This document shows positions 37,711 through 46,332 of a stretch of DNA of 60,706 bases, in pieces (position 1 is the stretch's first letter; the number at the start of each line of letters is the position of its first letter). This stretch comes from Dehalococcoidales bacterium (GTDB lineage: Bacteria; Chloroflexota; Dehalococcoidia; Dehalococcoidales; RBG-16-60-22). A model generated the notes under the pieces. The model did no database searches and was not told the DNA's origin. It worked only from the letters and a program-made list of their open reading frames with translations. Location: contig DAOTYE010000021.1 in the NCBI GenBank assembly GCA_034434915.1, positions 1 to 60,706 of the forward strand. The letters are read 5' to 3'. The position numbers were made by a program, and so were the translations under genes.

Positions 37711-38508
37711 ATGCCAGTTATCTGCATTGCCAATCAGAAAGGCGGCGTGGGCAAGACCACCACTGCTGCCGCCCTCGCCCACGGTTTGAGCGAACACGGC
37801 AAAAGAGTCCTGCTTATTGACTGGGACCCGCAGGCAAGCCTTACCATCTCGCTTGGCTTCAATCCAGAACAGCTCCGGAAGACGGTCTACAACGCACTGG
37901 TGTCAGTGGTCAACGGCAATGACCCTCAATCCATACTTGATGTCCTCTCAGCAACAGCCAATCCCTCAGTTGACCTGATACCGGCAAACGTTGAACTTTC
38001 CCAAGCTCAGCTTGACCTGGTGAACGTACCCCAGCGGGAGCAGGTGCTGAAAAAGATAATCCAGCCGCTGCGCAGGCGGTACGCTTTTATCCTCATAGAC
38101 TGCCTGCCCAGCCTGGGTCTGCTCACCATCAATGCCCTTGTTGCCGCAGATAAAGTGCTTATCCCGCTCCAGGCTGATTTCCTCGCCATGAAAGGGCTCG
38201 CCATGCTCCTCACCACAATCATCCGTGTTAAAGAGCGCCTTAACCCCAGATTGGAAATCGCCGGCGTGGTGTTCACCATGACCAATCCCAGAACGCTCCA
38301 CTGCAAAGAGGTCATAGAAGTTACCAAGAAAGCCTTCAGCAACCGCATCCACGTTTTTGACACTGTCATCCCCACCAGCGTCCGCTTTAAAGAAGCCCCC
38401 GCCGCCGGGCAGTCCATCCTGTCCTACGCTCCTGATTCTGAGGGCGCCCAGGCATACCGCCTGCTGACGAAAGAGGTGATGGAAAATGAAACGGGTAAGC
38501 ATTACTGA
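37711..38508 (+). CDS. parA: ParA/Soj family ATPase without an N-terminal HTH
   Basis: Deviant Walker A KGGVGKTT, IDWDPQ.SLT, DC.PSLG.LT.NAL.AAD. Confidence 0.95.
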   Translation: MPVICIANQKGGVGKTTTAAALAHGLSEHGKRVLLIDWDPQASLTISLGFNPEQLRKTVYNALVSVVNGNDPQSILDVLSATANPSVDLIPANVELSQAQLDLVNVPQREQVLKKIIQPLRRRYAFILIDCLPSLGLLTINALVAADKVLIPLQADFLAMKGLAMLLTTIIRVKERLNPRLEIAGVVFTMTNPRTLHCKEVIEVTKKAFSNRIHVFDTVIPTSVRFKEAPAAGQSILSYAPDSEGAQAYRLLTKEVMENETGKHY

Positions 38509-38851
38509 AGAAATGGCATACGGCTCCGCGCTGGACCGCCTCACCGGAGAAGACAAGCTTTTATCTCCACCGGCTCTGGCCAGGACAGCTCCGCCGCGCA
38601 AACCTAAAAAAGGACCGTCTATTGCGGAGACCAATCCTGCCACCATCAAACTTTCCGTGTTCCTGGGCAGAGAAGAGGACGCCTATCTTGAGAGCCTGGC
38701 TTCCACGGCTAAATTCAGCGGTGGTAAAAAGCTGAGCAAGACCAGGCTGATTGAAGCCATGGTGCGCGCCTTCCGCAAGAGTAAACTTGACGTGCGCGGC
38801 GTGAAAACGGATGAGGAGCTCTTCAAAAGAGTAATTGCGCAATTGCGGTAA
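38486..38851 (+). CDS. Small ParA-partner protein, predicted ribbon-helix-helix
   Basis: Overlaps the parA 3' end by 23 bp. Pro/Lys-rich N-tail, then strand TIKLSVFL, helix REEDAYLESLA, helix SKTRLIEAMVRAF. No ParB/Srx motif. Confidence 0.7.
   Translation: MKRVSITEEMAYGSALDRLTGEDKLLSPPALARTAPPRKPKKGPSIAETNPATIKLSVFLGREEDAYLESLASTAKFSGGKKLSKTRLIEAMVRAFRKSKLDVRGVKTDEELFKRVIAQLR
38827..38850. repeat. Octamer array 2 at the stop of the ParA partner
   Basis: AAGAGTAA TTGCGCAA TTGCGGTA. Confidence 0.65.
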
Positions 38852-38902
38852 TAATCAAGCTCAGCACAATTTTCTATGAGGCACAAGCGTTCAGGCTTTA
38901 GC

Positions 38903-38933
38903 TTGACTTCTGGTTCACCGCCTCTGCTATAAT
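38903..38933 (+). promoter_or_regulatory. Extended -10 promoter of hppA
   Basis: TGcTATAAT at 38925-33; TTGACT 19 bp upstream of the -10. Confidence 0.65.
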
Positions 38934-38967
38934 AAACCAAACCCCTGACATTAAAGGAGTGTAATAC

Positions 38968-41196
38968 ATGGGAATCACACTGTTTGATGGGTTCCACGTA
39001 GCGACCACATTTGAGAAGTTCGCCCTCATTGCCGTCCTGGCTGTGGCACTTCTCGGTCTGGCTTACGCCTGGTTTCTCAGAAACCAGATACGCCGCGAAC
39101 CTGAAGGCGATGAGAAGATGCGTAAAATCTCCAATGCCATACGCATCGGCGGAAACGCTTACCTCATGCGCCAGTTCCGCACCATTCTGCTTCTCATTTT
39201 CCTGCTCGCCGTTTTCGTTTTTTTCACCGGTTGGTTCGCCGGGGGGACATCTGCTTACAATAACCCGGTATGGCTTATCGGTCTGGGACGTGCCGGTGGC
39301 TTCCTCATGGGCGCTATCTTTTCCGCCACCGTAGGCTACATCGGCATGAACATGGCGCTCCAGGCTAACGTGAGAGTTGCCCAGGCGGCGCGCACCAGCT
39401 TCACCAATTCACTCAAAATCGCCTACCGCGCCGGCACCATCACCGGCATGCTCACGGACGGGCTGGGACTTCTCGGCGGCACCATCATCTTCATCATCTT
39501 CTTCAAGGATGCGCCGCTGGTCCTCCTCGGCTTCGGGTTCGGCGGAACGCTCCTTGCTCTGTTCATGCGCGTCGGCGGCGGTATCTATACCAAAGCGGCG
39601 GACGTGGGTGCCGACCTCGTTGGCAAGGTGGAAAAGGGAATCCCGGAAGATGACCCGCGCAATGCCGCGGTCATTGCTGACCAGGTCGGTGATAATGTTG
39701 GTGACTGTGCCGGCATGGCGGCGGATATCTTTGAATCTTATGAGGTGACCATCGTCTCCGCCCTTATTCTCGGGCTCCTGCTCACCTTCTCTACCGGTCA
39801 GCTTTACTGGATTATCTTCCCCCTCCTCGTTCGGGCGGCAGGCGTTTTTTCATCAATCATCAGCACCTATTCTGTGCGCGCCCTGCGCGAGGGTGAAAAT
39901 GCCATGAACGCCATCCACCGTGGCTATCTTCTCGCCGCGTTTATCTCCATAACTTCATTCTTCCTCTTTTCCTTTTTCTATGCTCACGACCTCCGTCTCT
40001 TCTGGGCTACGTCAGTGGGCGTGGTACTGGCTATCTCCATACAGTTCCTGACCGACTATTACACGTCCACCGAGCGCAGTCCGGTAAAAGAAATCGCCAG
40101 GTCCACCAAGACTGGTCCCGCCACGACTATCCTCTCCGGTCTGAGCGCCGGCTATGAGAGCACCGTCATGTCAATTATCGTCATCGCTCTCTCCATCCTT
40201 GTCTCCGCCCTTATCTGGCGCGGCATGGAAATCATCTATATCTTCTACGGTGTCGCTCTCTGCGGTATCGGTCTTTTAACGCTGACGGGCAACAACATCG
40301 CCATGGACAGCTTCGGTCCCATCGTAGACAATGCCAACGGCATCGGCGAGATGACTCACCTTGAGCCGAAAGCCCGCAAGACCCTTGCTGACCTTGATGC
40401 CGTGGGCAATACCACCAAGGCAGTCACCAAGGGTATCGCCATCGCCTCCGCCGTCCTTGCCGCGGTGGCGCTGTTCGCCGCCTTCTATGAAGACTATCAA
40501 CTGGAAGCCATCAACCTCATCAAGTGGCAGGTCTTTGTCGCCTTCCTCATCGGTGGCTCTATCCCCTTCCTGTTCAGCTCCATGGCAATCAGAGCCGTGG
40601 GCAGAGCCGCTTACTTCATCGTCAACGAGGTGCGCTGGCAGTTTGCCAATATCAAGGGTCTCTGGGAAGGCACTGCTGAGGCTGACTATGGCAAAGTAGT
40701 CTCTATCTGCACCGGCGCCGCGCAGAGAGAACTCATTTCTCCGGCGCTCCTGGCTATCATCTCGCCCATTGTCATCGGCTTCCTGTTTGGGCTGGAAGCT
40801 CTGGCAGGATTCCTCGCCGGCGTCATACTCGTGGGGCAATTGCTGGCGGTGTTCATGGCAAATGCCGGCGGCGCCTGGGACAATGCCAAAAAGAGCATTG
40901 AAGACGGTCTCTATGGCGGCAAGGGCTCTGATGCACACAAAGCGAGCGTGGTGGGCGATACTGTGGGTGACCCGCTTAAAGATACCGCCGGTCCGGCACT
41001 GAACCCGCTCATCAAGGTCATCAATCTGGTATCAGTCATCGGCGCGTCAATGATGGTGGTGCCAATAGCCGGCGGCGGTTTCAGAGAACGCGGACTGACC
41101 CCTGGCACCATTGCCGTGGCAGTCATCGGTCTGCTGATTATCATCGCCGCCTTCTGGTTTTCCCGCAAGCAGGCTTCCTTCGGCAGAGAAGAATAG
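38968..41196 (+). CDS. hppA: Membrane-bound pyrophosphatase, predicted K+-independent H+-pumping type
   Basis: GGIYTKAADVGADLVGKVE..IPEDDPRN, DNVGD.AGMAAD.FESY, DSFGPI.DNA.GI.EM, GNTTKA (Lys = K+-independent determinant), GDT.GDPLKDTAGP. Confidence 0.95.
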   Translation: MGITLFDGFHVATTFEKFALIAVLAVALLGLAYAWFLRNQIRREPEGDEKMRKISNAIRIGGNAYLMRQFRTILLLIFLLAVFVFFTGWFAGGTSAYNNPVWLIGLGRAGGFLMGAIFSATVGYIGMNMALQANVRVAQAARTSFTNSLKIAYRAGTITGMLTDGLGLLGGTIIFIIFFKDAPLVLLGFGFGGTLLALFMRVGGGIYTKAADVGADLVGKVEKGIPEDDPRNAAVIADQVGDNVGDCAGMAADIFESYEVTIVSALILGLLLTFSTGQLYWIIFPLLVRAAGVFSSIISTYSVRALREGENAMNAIHRGYLLAAFISITSFFLFSFFYAHDLRLFWATSVGVVLAISIQFLTDYYTSTERSPVKEIARSTKTGPATTILSGLSAGYESTVMSIIVIALSILVSALIWRGMEIIYIFYGVALCGIGLLTLTGNNIAMDSFGPIVDNANGIGEMTHLEPKARKTLADLDAVGNTTKAVTKGIAIASAVLAAVALFAAFYEDYQLEAINLIKWQVFVAFLIGGSIPFLFSSMAIRAVGRAAYFIVNEVRWQFANIKGLWEGTAEADYGKVVSICTGAAQRELISPALLAIISPIVIGFLFGLEALAGFLAGVILVGQLLAVFMANAGGAWDNAKKSIEDGLYGGKGSDAHKASVVGDTVGDPLKDTAGPALNPLIKVINLVSVIGASMMVVPIAGGGFRERGLTPGTIAVAVIGLLIIIAAFWFSRKQASFGREE

Positions 41197-41218
41197 GTTA
41201 GAAGACAGAAGTGTGTTT

Positions 41219-41250
41219 GAGACCGCTCCGCAATGGGGCGGTCTCTTTCT
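41219..41250 (+). terminator. Rho-independent terminator after hppA
   Basis: GAGACCGCTCC-GCAAT-GGGGCGGTCTC-TTTCT. Confidence 0.8.
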
Positions 41251-41325
41251 ATTGACCTTGACAAAGGCTATCCAGTAAACTAAAGTCTTGGAGAACAGAA
41301 TAAACCCGTGCTACGGAGGTGCGCT

Positions 41326-42000
41326 GTGAAAAGAAGGGTAGCATTCATCCATACCATGCCCGGGCTGGTGCCCCTCTTCAATGACCTGGCGAAAGAACTC
41401 CTGCCTGATGTGGAAATCTTCCACATGGCAGATGAAAAACTGCTCAAAGATGTAGTGGCGGCAGGCGGTTTGGACCAGGATATGGTGGACCGCGCCGGAA
41501 ACCTCGCCGCCTGCGCTGAAAAATACGGCGCAGACGTCATCATGCTCACCTGCTCCTCATACGGACCGGTCACTAAGATGGTCAAGAACAAAGTCAAGGT
41601 GCCCTTCCTGCGCATAGATGAAGCCATGGCAGATGAGGCGGTGCGCCTGGGCAAGAAGATAGGCGTTATTGCCACAGCCAAAAGCACCCTGAAACCCACC
41701 ACTGACCTTATCAAGGACAGGGCCGAACTGAAAGGCAAAAAGGTGGAGATTGAGACCGTCCTCATCTCGGAGGCATTAAAAGCGCTCCAGAGCGGCGATA
41801 TGGACAACCACGACCGTCTGGTCATGGAAAAGCTAAAAGAGCTGATGCACAGAGTTGATGTCATTGTGCTGGCGCAAGCATCAATCGCCCGTGCCGCCGC
41901 CAAAATCCCTGAATCTGAGCGCAAGGTGCCTTTCCTTTCCAGCCCGCGCCTCGGCGTGCAAAGGCTAAAAGAATTCATCAGTTCGCTCCCCAAGAAATAA
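41326..42000 (+). CDS. Asp/Glu/hydantoin racemase superfamily protein (single catalytic Cys)
   Basis: FIHT, LTCSS, RIDEAMA..AV..G..IGVIAT, VLAQASIA; GGAGGT RBS then GTG. Confidence 0.8.
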   Translation: MKRRVAFIHTMPGLVPLFNDLAKELLPDVEIFHMADEKLLKDVVAAGGLDQDMVDRAGNLAACAEKYGADVIMLTCSSYGPVTKMVKNKVKVPFLRIDEAMADEAVRLGKKIGVIATAKSTLKPTTDLIKDRAELKGKKVEIETVLISEALKALQSGDMDNHDRLVMEKLKELMHRVDVIVLAQASIARAAAKIPESERKVPFLSSPRLGVQRLKEFISSLPKK

Positions 42001-42012
42001 GAGGAGGAAGAC

Positions 42013-43032
42013 ATGACACCATCCAGTCCGGCGAAGGTGAAAGTGCAGGCAATCAACCAGGTGGCTATCTGTGTCTATAACCTGGAGCAGGTATCATGGA
42101 ACTTCTGGAATATCCTGGGCATGGGTCCCTGGGAGATTTATGACTGGGAGTTCCCGCTCATCCACGGCAGGAAATACTACGGCAAGCGAGCTTGGGGACG
42201 GGACCGTATCTCTCTCTTCAGGGCGGGCAAATTGCAGGTGGAGCTGGTTCAGCCGGTGGAAGGAAAATCACTCTACCGGGACTGGCTGGACCAACATGGC
42301 GAAGGCTTGCACCACATCAATTTCTTGGTAGATGATATTAAACCGGTCGCCGCCGCCATGGAAGAAATGGGCTTCCCCTGCATCCAGACCGGATACTATG
42401 GCTTCACCCCTGACAAACAGACCACTTTCAGCTACCATGAGACCACGCCCGCTCTGAAAATCCTGTGGGAGCCGGTAGCCCTGGGCGGGCAGAAGACGGT
42501 CAAGCCCATCTGGGTGCCTCCCACCAGTGACCAGCCCAGCCCGGCGCCGTTCCCCCTGAAGACGCTCAACAAGATTGGCATAGTCGTCAAAGACCTGGAG
42601 CAGACCGCCTGGAACTACTGGAACCTTCTCGGCATCGGTCCGTGGGAAATCTATGACTCTATCTATCCGGCTATTTACGACCGCAAATATCACGGCAAGC
42701 CGGCATTCGCCAGGGAGAAGATTGCGGTGGCGCAGTCCGGGGAGGTGCGGCTTGAGCTGATAGAGCCGCTCGGGGGCACATCAGTCTACGCTGATTTCCT
42801 GAAAGAGCACGGTGAAGGTCTGATTTACCTTAACGCCCCGGTGGATGATGTTGACACTGCCGCCGCGGCTCTCGCTGAAATGGGTTTTCCCAGCCTGGAG
42901 AGCGGCCGCTATGGCAAGCCGCAGGAGAAGAGCGGCTTCAGCTACCATTACATCCCGCCTCTGCGTGCCATCTTCCGCGTGGAACACGAGGGCGGTCCTC
43001 TCGGAGTGAAGACTACCAGTATCCCGGCATAG
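42013..43032 (+). CDS. VOC family protein with two tandem methylmalonyl-CoA-epimerase-like domains
   Basis: Internal duplication W..LG(M/I)GPWEIYD...Y.GK...ELVQP/ELIEP..G.S.Y.D.L..HGEGL. Confidence 0.88.
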   Translation: MTPSSPAKVKVQAINQVAICVYNLEQVSWNFWNILGMGPWEIYDWEFPLIHGRKYYGKRAWGRDRISLFRAGKLQVELVQPVEGKSLYRDWLDQHGEGLHHINFLVDDIKPVAAAMEEMGFPCIQTGYYGFTPDKQTTFSYHETTPALKILWEPVALGGQKTVKPIWVPPTSDQPSPAPFPLKTLNKIGIVVKDLEQTAWNYWNLLGIGPWEIYDSIYPAIYDRKYHGKPAFAREKIAVAQSGEVRLELIEPLGGTSVYADFLKEHGEGLIYLNAPVDDVDTAAAALAEMGFPSLESGRYGKPQEKSGFSYHYIPPLRAIFRVEHEGGPLGVKTTSIPA

Positions 43033-43069
43033 CAAATGCTTTAGCTTTTGACGCGGAAAGGGACTTTAC

Positions 43070-43573
43070 GTGGCAAATAGCGATGCGCCACTATCAGCAG
43101 AAAAAATAATCCGGGAACTAAAAAAAGCAGGCGTCACGCACATTGTCTATCTGCCGGACGATGAAAGCCGCTGTCTGTGCGATGTCCTCAGGCGGCACCC
43201 GGAACTGACGCTGGTCCCAATTTGCCGTGAGGGTGAAGCCATCGCCATCGCCGCCGGTTTGCTGTTTGGCGGGAAGAGTCCCGTGGTCTGGCACCAGAGC
43301 ACCGGTTTCTATGAATCGGGCGATTCTGTAAGAGGGCTGGCGCTTGATTTGGGTCTGCCTCTAGCCATCATCATTGACTGCCGCGGCTGGAAAAGCAATG
43401 CCCCCATGACTGATTCTGCCGCCATATTCATTCAGCCCATTCTGAATGCCTGGGGCATCAGGTACCACATGGTGGAAACTGACGATGATATCGCCAGAAT
43501 CTCGCTGGCATTAAATGAAGCCCGGACAGCGCACAAACCAGTAGCAGTTCTGCTGGGAAGGAAGCTGGCATAA
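43070..43573 (+). CDS. TPP-dependent decarboxylase alpha subunit (ComD / phosphonopyruvate decarboxylase-like)
   Basis: CREGEAIAIAAG (TPP-activating Glu), QSTG..ES, P...RG. Confidence 0.78.
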   Translation: MANSDAPLSAEKIIRELKKAGVTHIVYLPDDESRCLCDVLRRHPELTLVPICREGEAIAIAAGLLFGGKSPVVWHQSTGFYESGDSVRGLALDLGLPLAIIIDCRGWKSNAPMTDSAAIFIQPILNAWGIRYHMVETDDDIARISLALNEARTAHKPVAVLLGRKLA

Positions 43574-43575
43574 CC

Positions 43576-44136
43576 ATGATGGAAAGTCTTGAGGCGCTCA
43601 GGGTTATTTCACGCTACCGCGGCGATGCCATTGTCGTGGCGACCATGACCTCCAACTACGAGTGGTCAAAAGTCTCCGCCAATCCTGACCTTGATTTGCT
43701 GTTCTACGGCACAATGGGCAAAGCGTCATCCCTGGGGCTGGGACTGGCGTTAGCCCGCCCGGACAAGAAAGTGATTGTGCTGGATGGTGACGGCAGTCTC
43801 CTCATGAATTTGGGCTCACTGGTAACCATCGCCCATATGGCGCCGCGCAACTTTATCCATTTCCTGTGTGAGAACCGCGTCTACCGCGTCAGCGGCGGTC
43901 AGCCCACCCCGTGCGCCAGTGAGGTCAGCTACGCCGGTCTGGCACGGTCCGCCGGCTATCCCCGCGTCTATGAGTTTGACACTGTGCCCGGTCTTGAAAA
44001 AAACTTAGAAACGATTATGCGTGAAGATGGTCCTACCTTCGTCTGCCTGAAGGTGGCACCCGTCAAAGAACACCCACGCCTCACCCCCACGCCCGCCATC
44101 TTAGCCCGCTTCAAAGCGGCGCTACAGCGCTCCTAG
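43576..44136 (+). CDS. TPP-dependent decarboxylase beta subunit (ComE-like)
   Basis: G.MG.ASSLGLGLALARPD.KVIVLDGDGSLLMNLG.L...N TPP-binding motif. Confidence 0.85.
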   Translation: MMESLEALRVISRYRGDAIVVATMTSNYEWSKVSANPDLDLLFYGTMGKASSLGLGLALARPDKKVIVLDGDGSLLMNLGSLVTIAHMAPRNFIHFLCENRVYRVSGGQPTPCASEVSYAGLARSAGYPRVYEFDTVPGLEKNLETIMREDGPTFVCLKVAPVKEHPRLTPTPAILARFKAALQRS

Positions 44137-44179
44137 TCCGCCGCGAACTCAGCCCAGAACATATAGTGTCTGACAAGTT

Positions 44180-44211
44180 CTCCGCAATTGCGCAAACAAG
44201 TATTTGCGGAA
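44180..44211. repeat. Octamer array 3
   Basis: CTCCGCAA TTGCGCAA ACAAGTAT TTGCGGAA. Confidence 0.75.
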
Positions 44212-44224
44212 ATCTGTCATAAGA

Positions 44225-44243
44225 CTTGCTTTTCAAAAGCAAG
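44225..44243. promoter_or_regulatory. Palindromic operator over a putative -35
   Basis: CTTGCTTTT-C-AAAAGCAAG, a perfect 9-bp inverted repeat. Confidence 0.65.
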
Positions 44244-44296
44244 AGTGCTAAAAATGAATAGCTCAAAAAATAAATAGAACCAAAAAGGAGGCCGTC

Positions 44297-45256
44297 ATGA
44301 TAAGTGACGTCAGTCAGGTAAAAAAGCTGGCGGTGGTGGGGGCAGGGCTGATGGGACACGGCATTGCCCAGGCATATGCCCAGGAAGGCTATCCGGTCAT
44401 GCTTACCGACTCTGTTCCCGCCGCCCGCGCGAGCGCCAAAGGAAGGATGAAATCAAATCTGGAGACGCTCGCCAGAGGCGGTATTTTCCCTGCCGCAGAG
44501 ATAGAAAAAATACTTGACCGGGTCACCATAGTGGACAGCCTGAAAGAAACGGTAAAAGATGCTGACTTCGTCACTGAGGTGGTCATTGAAGACCTTGACC
44601 TGAAGAAGAAACTATTTAAGGAGATGGAAGACTACTGCTCTCCGGACACCATCCTTGCCAGCAACACCTCTTCATTCCCCATGACTGACATCTCGTCCCT
44701 GATGAGAAAACCGGAAAGAGCCATCGTCACCCACTGGATGAACCCGCCGCCCCTCGTACCGCTGGTGGAAGTGGTGCCGGGGAAAAAGACGGCACCGGAA
44801 ACGGTAAAAGTGGCTATGGACCTCCTGCGCAAGGTAAAGAAAGTCCCGGTACTGCTGAAGAAGGAAATCATCGGCTTTATCATCAACCGCGTCCAGGTGG
44901 CGATGAACCGTGAAGTCTATCACCTGCTGGAGCAGGGTGTGGCAAGCGCGGAGGACATTGATTTGGCAATTGTGACCAGCATAGGCTTCCGGCTGGCAAC
45001 CCAGGGTCCGCTCCAGGTGAGAGACCTTGCCGGGCTGGAGGTAACGCTCAAAGTTGATGAGGTGCTTCTGCCGGAGATTAACTCCTCTACCAAACCGAAC
45101 AGACTGCTCAAAGAGATGGTCGCCAGGGGTGAGGTGGGCGCCAAGAGCGGCAAGGGGTTCTTCACCTATACCCCGGAGTCTCTGGCTAAGATTATCAAGG
45201 AGCGTGACGAGCAGTTTATTCAGCGCCTGAAAATGCAGTACCTGAAAAAAGCGTAA
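44297..45256 (+). CDS. 3-hydroxyacyl-CoA dehydrogenase family protein
   Basis: GAGLMGHGIA, E...E.L.LK..LF, ASNTSS, HWMNPP.L.PLVEV, GFI.NR, GKGF..Y. Confidence 0.93.
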   Translation: MISDVSQVKKLAVVGAGLMGHGIAQAYAQEGYPVMLTDSVPAARASAKGRMKSNLETLARGGIFPAAEIEKILDRVTIVDSLKETVKDADFVTEVVIEDLDLKKKLFKEMEDYCSPDTILASNTSSFPMTDISSLMRKPERAIVTHWMNPPPLVPLVEVVPGKKTAPETVKVAMDLLRKVKKVPVLLKKEIIGFIINRVQVAMNREVYHLLEQGVASAEDIDLAIVTSIGFRLATQGPLQVRDLAGLEVTLKVDEVLLPEINSSTKPNRLLKEMVARGEVGAKSGKGFFTYTPESLAKIIKERDEQFIQRLKMQYLKKA

Positions 45257-45261
45257 AAATC

Positions 45262-45301
45262 TTACTCAATTGCGCAATTGCTCATCAGCGCATTTACGCT
45301 A
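45262..45301. repeat. Octamer array 4 (five tandem units) between convergent genes
   Basis: TTACTCAA TTGCGCAA TTGCTCAT CAGCGCAT TTACGCTA. Confidence 0.85.
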
Positions 45302-45321
45302 TTGATGTCTGGGCAGAAAGG

Positions 45322-46059
45322 CTAAGCAGAACCCAGCTCGTCCAGCTGATACAGTATGAAGCTGACCGCCGCCAGCGCGGCTGTCTCCGCCCTGAGCACC
45401 CTCTTGCCGATGCTCACCGGGATGATGCCGTGAGACTCAGCCATTCTGACCTCTGAGGCAGGAAATCCTCCCTCAGGTCCTATGAAAACGGTGATTTTAT
45501 CGCAGTTGCGCAATTGCGCATTTGCGAGAGTAGATTTCAAGCTCCTGCTTTTTTCCTCTTCCCAGAGCAAAAGCGCGGGGCTTTCCGTTCCCCGGCACGC
45601 CTCCGCAAAACTCACCGCGGGATGAAGCACCGGCAGTCTTGCCCGCTCGGACTGCTCCGCCGCTTCCTGGATAATCTTGCGCCACCTCGCCACTTTCTGC
45701 TCTCCTGGCTTCCTCACCACACAGCGTTCCGAGATAAAAGGAACAAATGCACTTACCCCCAGTTCCACCCCCTTCTGAAGCACGAGCTCAAATTTCTCTG
45801 CCTTGAGCAGTGCCTGGCATAGCGTGATACTGATGCGGGGCTCGCTTTCACTCCGCTTTTTGCTGGCTATCACGCCCTGGGCTGAGTCTTTTCCCAGTTT
45901 GGTCAATTCAAGCTCATACTCCCAGCCGCTATTGTCCAGGACGATGATGTGGTCGCCCGTCTTGAGCCTCAGCACATGGCGAATCTGGTGCGTCTGTTCG
46001 TCAGAGAATGACACTTCGTTACCAGCCATCTGCTCTTGAGCGATGAAAAATCGGTGCAT
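45322..46059 (-). CDS. rsmE: 16S rRNA m3U1498 methyltransferase
   Basis: MHRFF, H.I..VLRL..GD, K..ELGV..F.P..SER, EAAEQS.R, IGPEGG, G.RVLRAETA. Confidence 0.96.
   Translation of the reverse strand: MHRFFIAQEQMAGNEVSFSDEQTHQIRHVLRLKTGDHIIVLDNSGWEYELELTKLGKDSAQGVIASKKRSESEPRISITLCQALLKAEKFELVLQKGVELGVSAFVPFISERCVVRKPGEQKVARWRKIIQEAAEQSERARLPVLHPAVSFAEACRGTESPALLLWEEEKSRSLKSTLANAQLRNCDKITVFIGPEGGFPASEVRMAESHGIIPVSIGKRVLRAETAALAAVSFILYQLDELGSA
45498..45529. repeat. Octamer array 5, inside the rsmE coding sequence
   Basis: TATCGCAG TTGCGCAA TTGCGCAT TTGCGAGA. Confidence 0.85.
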
Positions 46060-46115
46060 CTTGCCCCTCTAGAAGTTTGTCCTAATTATACTATATGTCA
46101 TGCCCTGACAGAGGC

Positions 46116-46253
46116 AAATTCTAAATACTAATTTCTAAACTCTAAATCAATTCAAGATGACCGAAGCTCAAAACAGTATTCGGGAGCGGATTGGGATTTT
46201 AATCGTCTGGATTTAGCCATTGTTTAGAATTTAGAGTTCCGGATTTAGGATTT
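46116..46253. repeat. AT-rich heptamer-repeat element with inverted arms
   Basis: Left arm AAATTCT AAATACT AATTTCT AAACTCT AAATCAA; right arm reverse complement AAATCCT AAATCCG GAACTCT AAATTCT AAACA. Confidence 0.85.
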
Positions 46254-46332
46254 AACTTGATTTGGGGTTAGTTGTTTTCAGTGTTATAATGATGACGGCC
46301 TGCCATGATGCACTTAAAGGAGGGACCTGTTC

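Noticed and set aside
37711-38851. parA locus as part of a plasmid, prophage or ICE
   Set aside because: No rep, relaxase, integrase or phage genes; same codon style and GATC/TCGA avoidance as the flanks; cannot be fully excluded without the whole replicon
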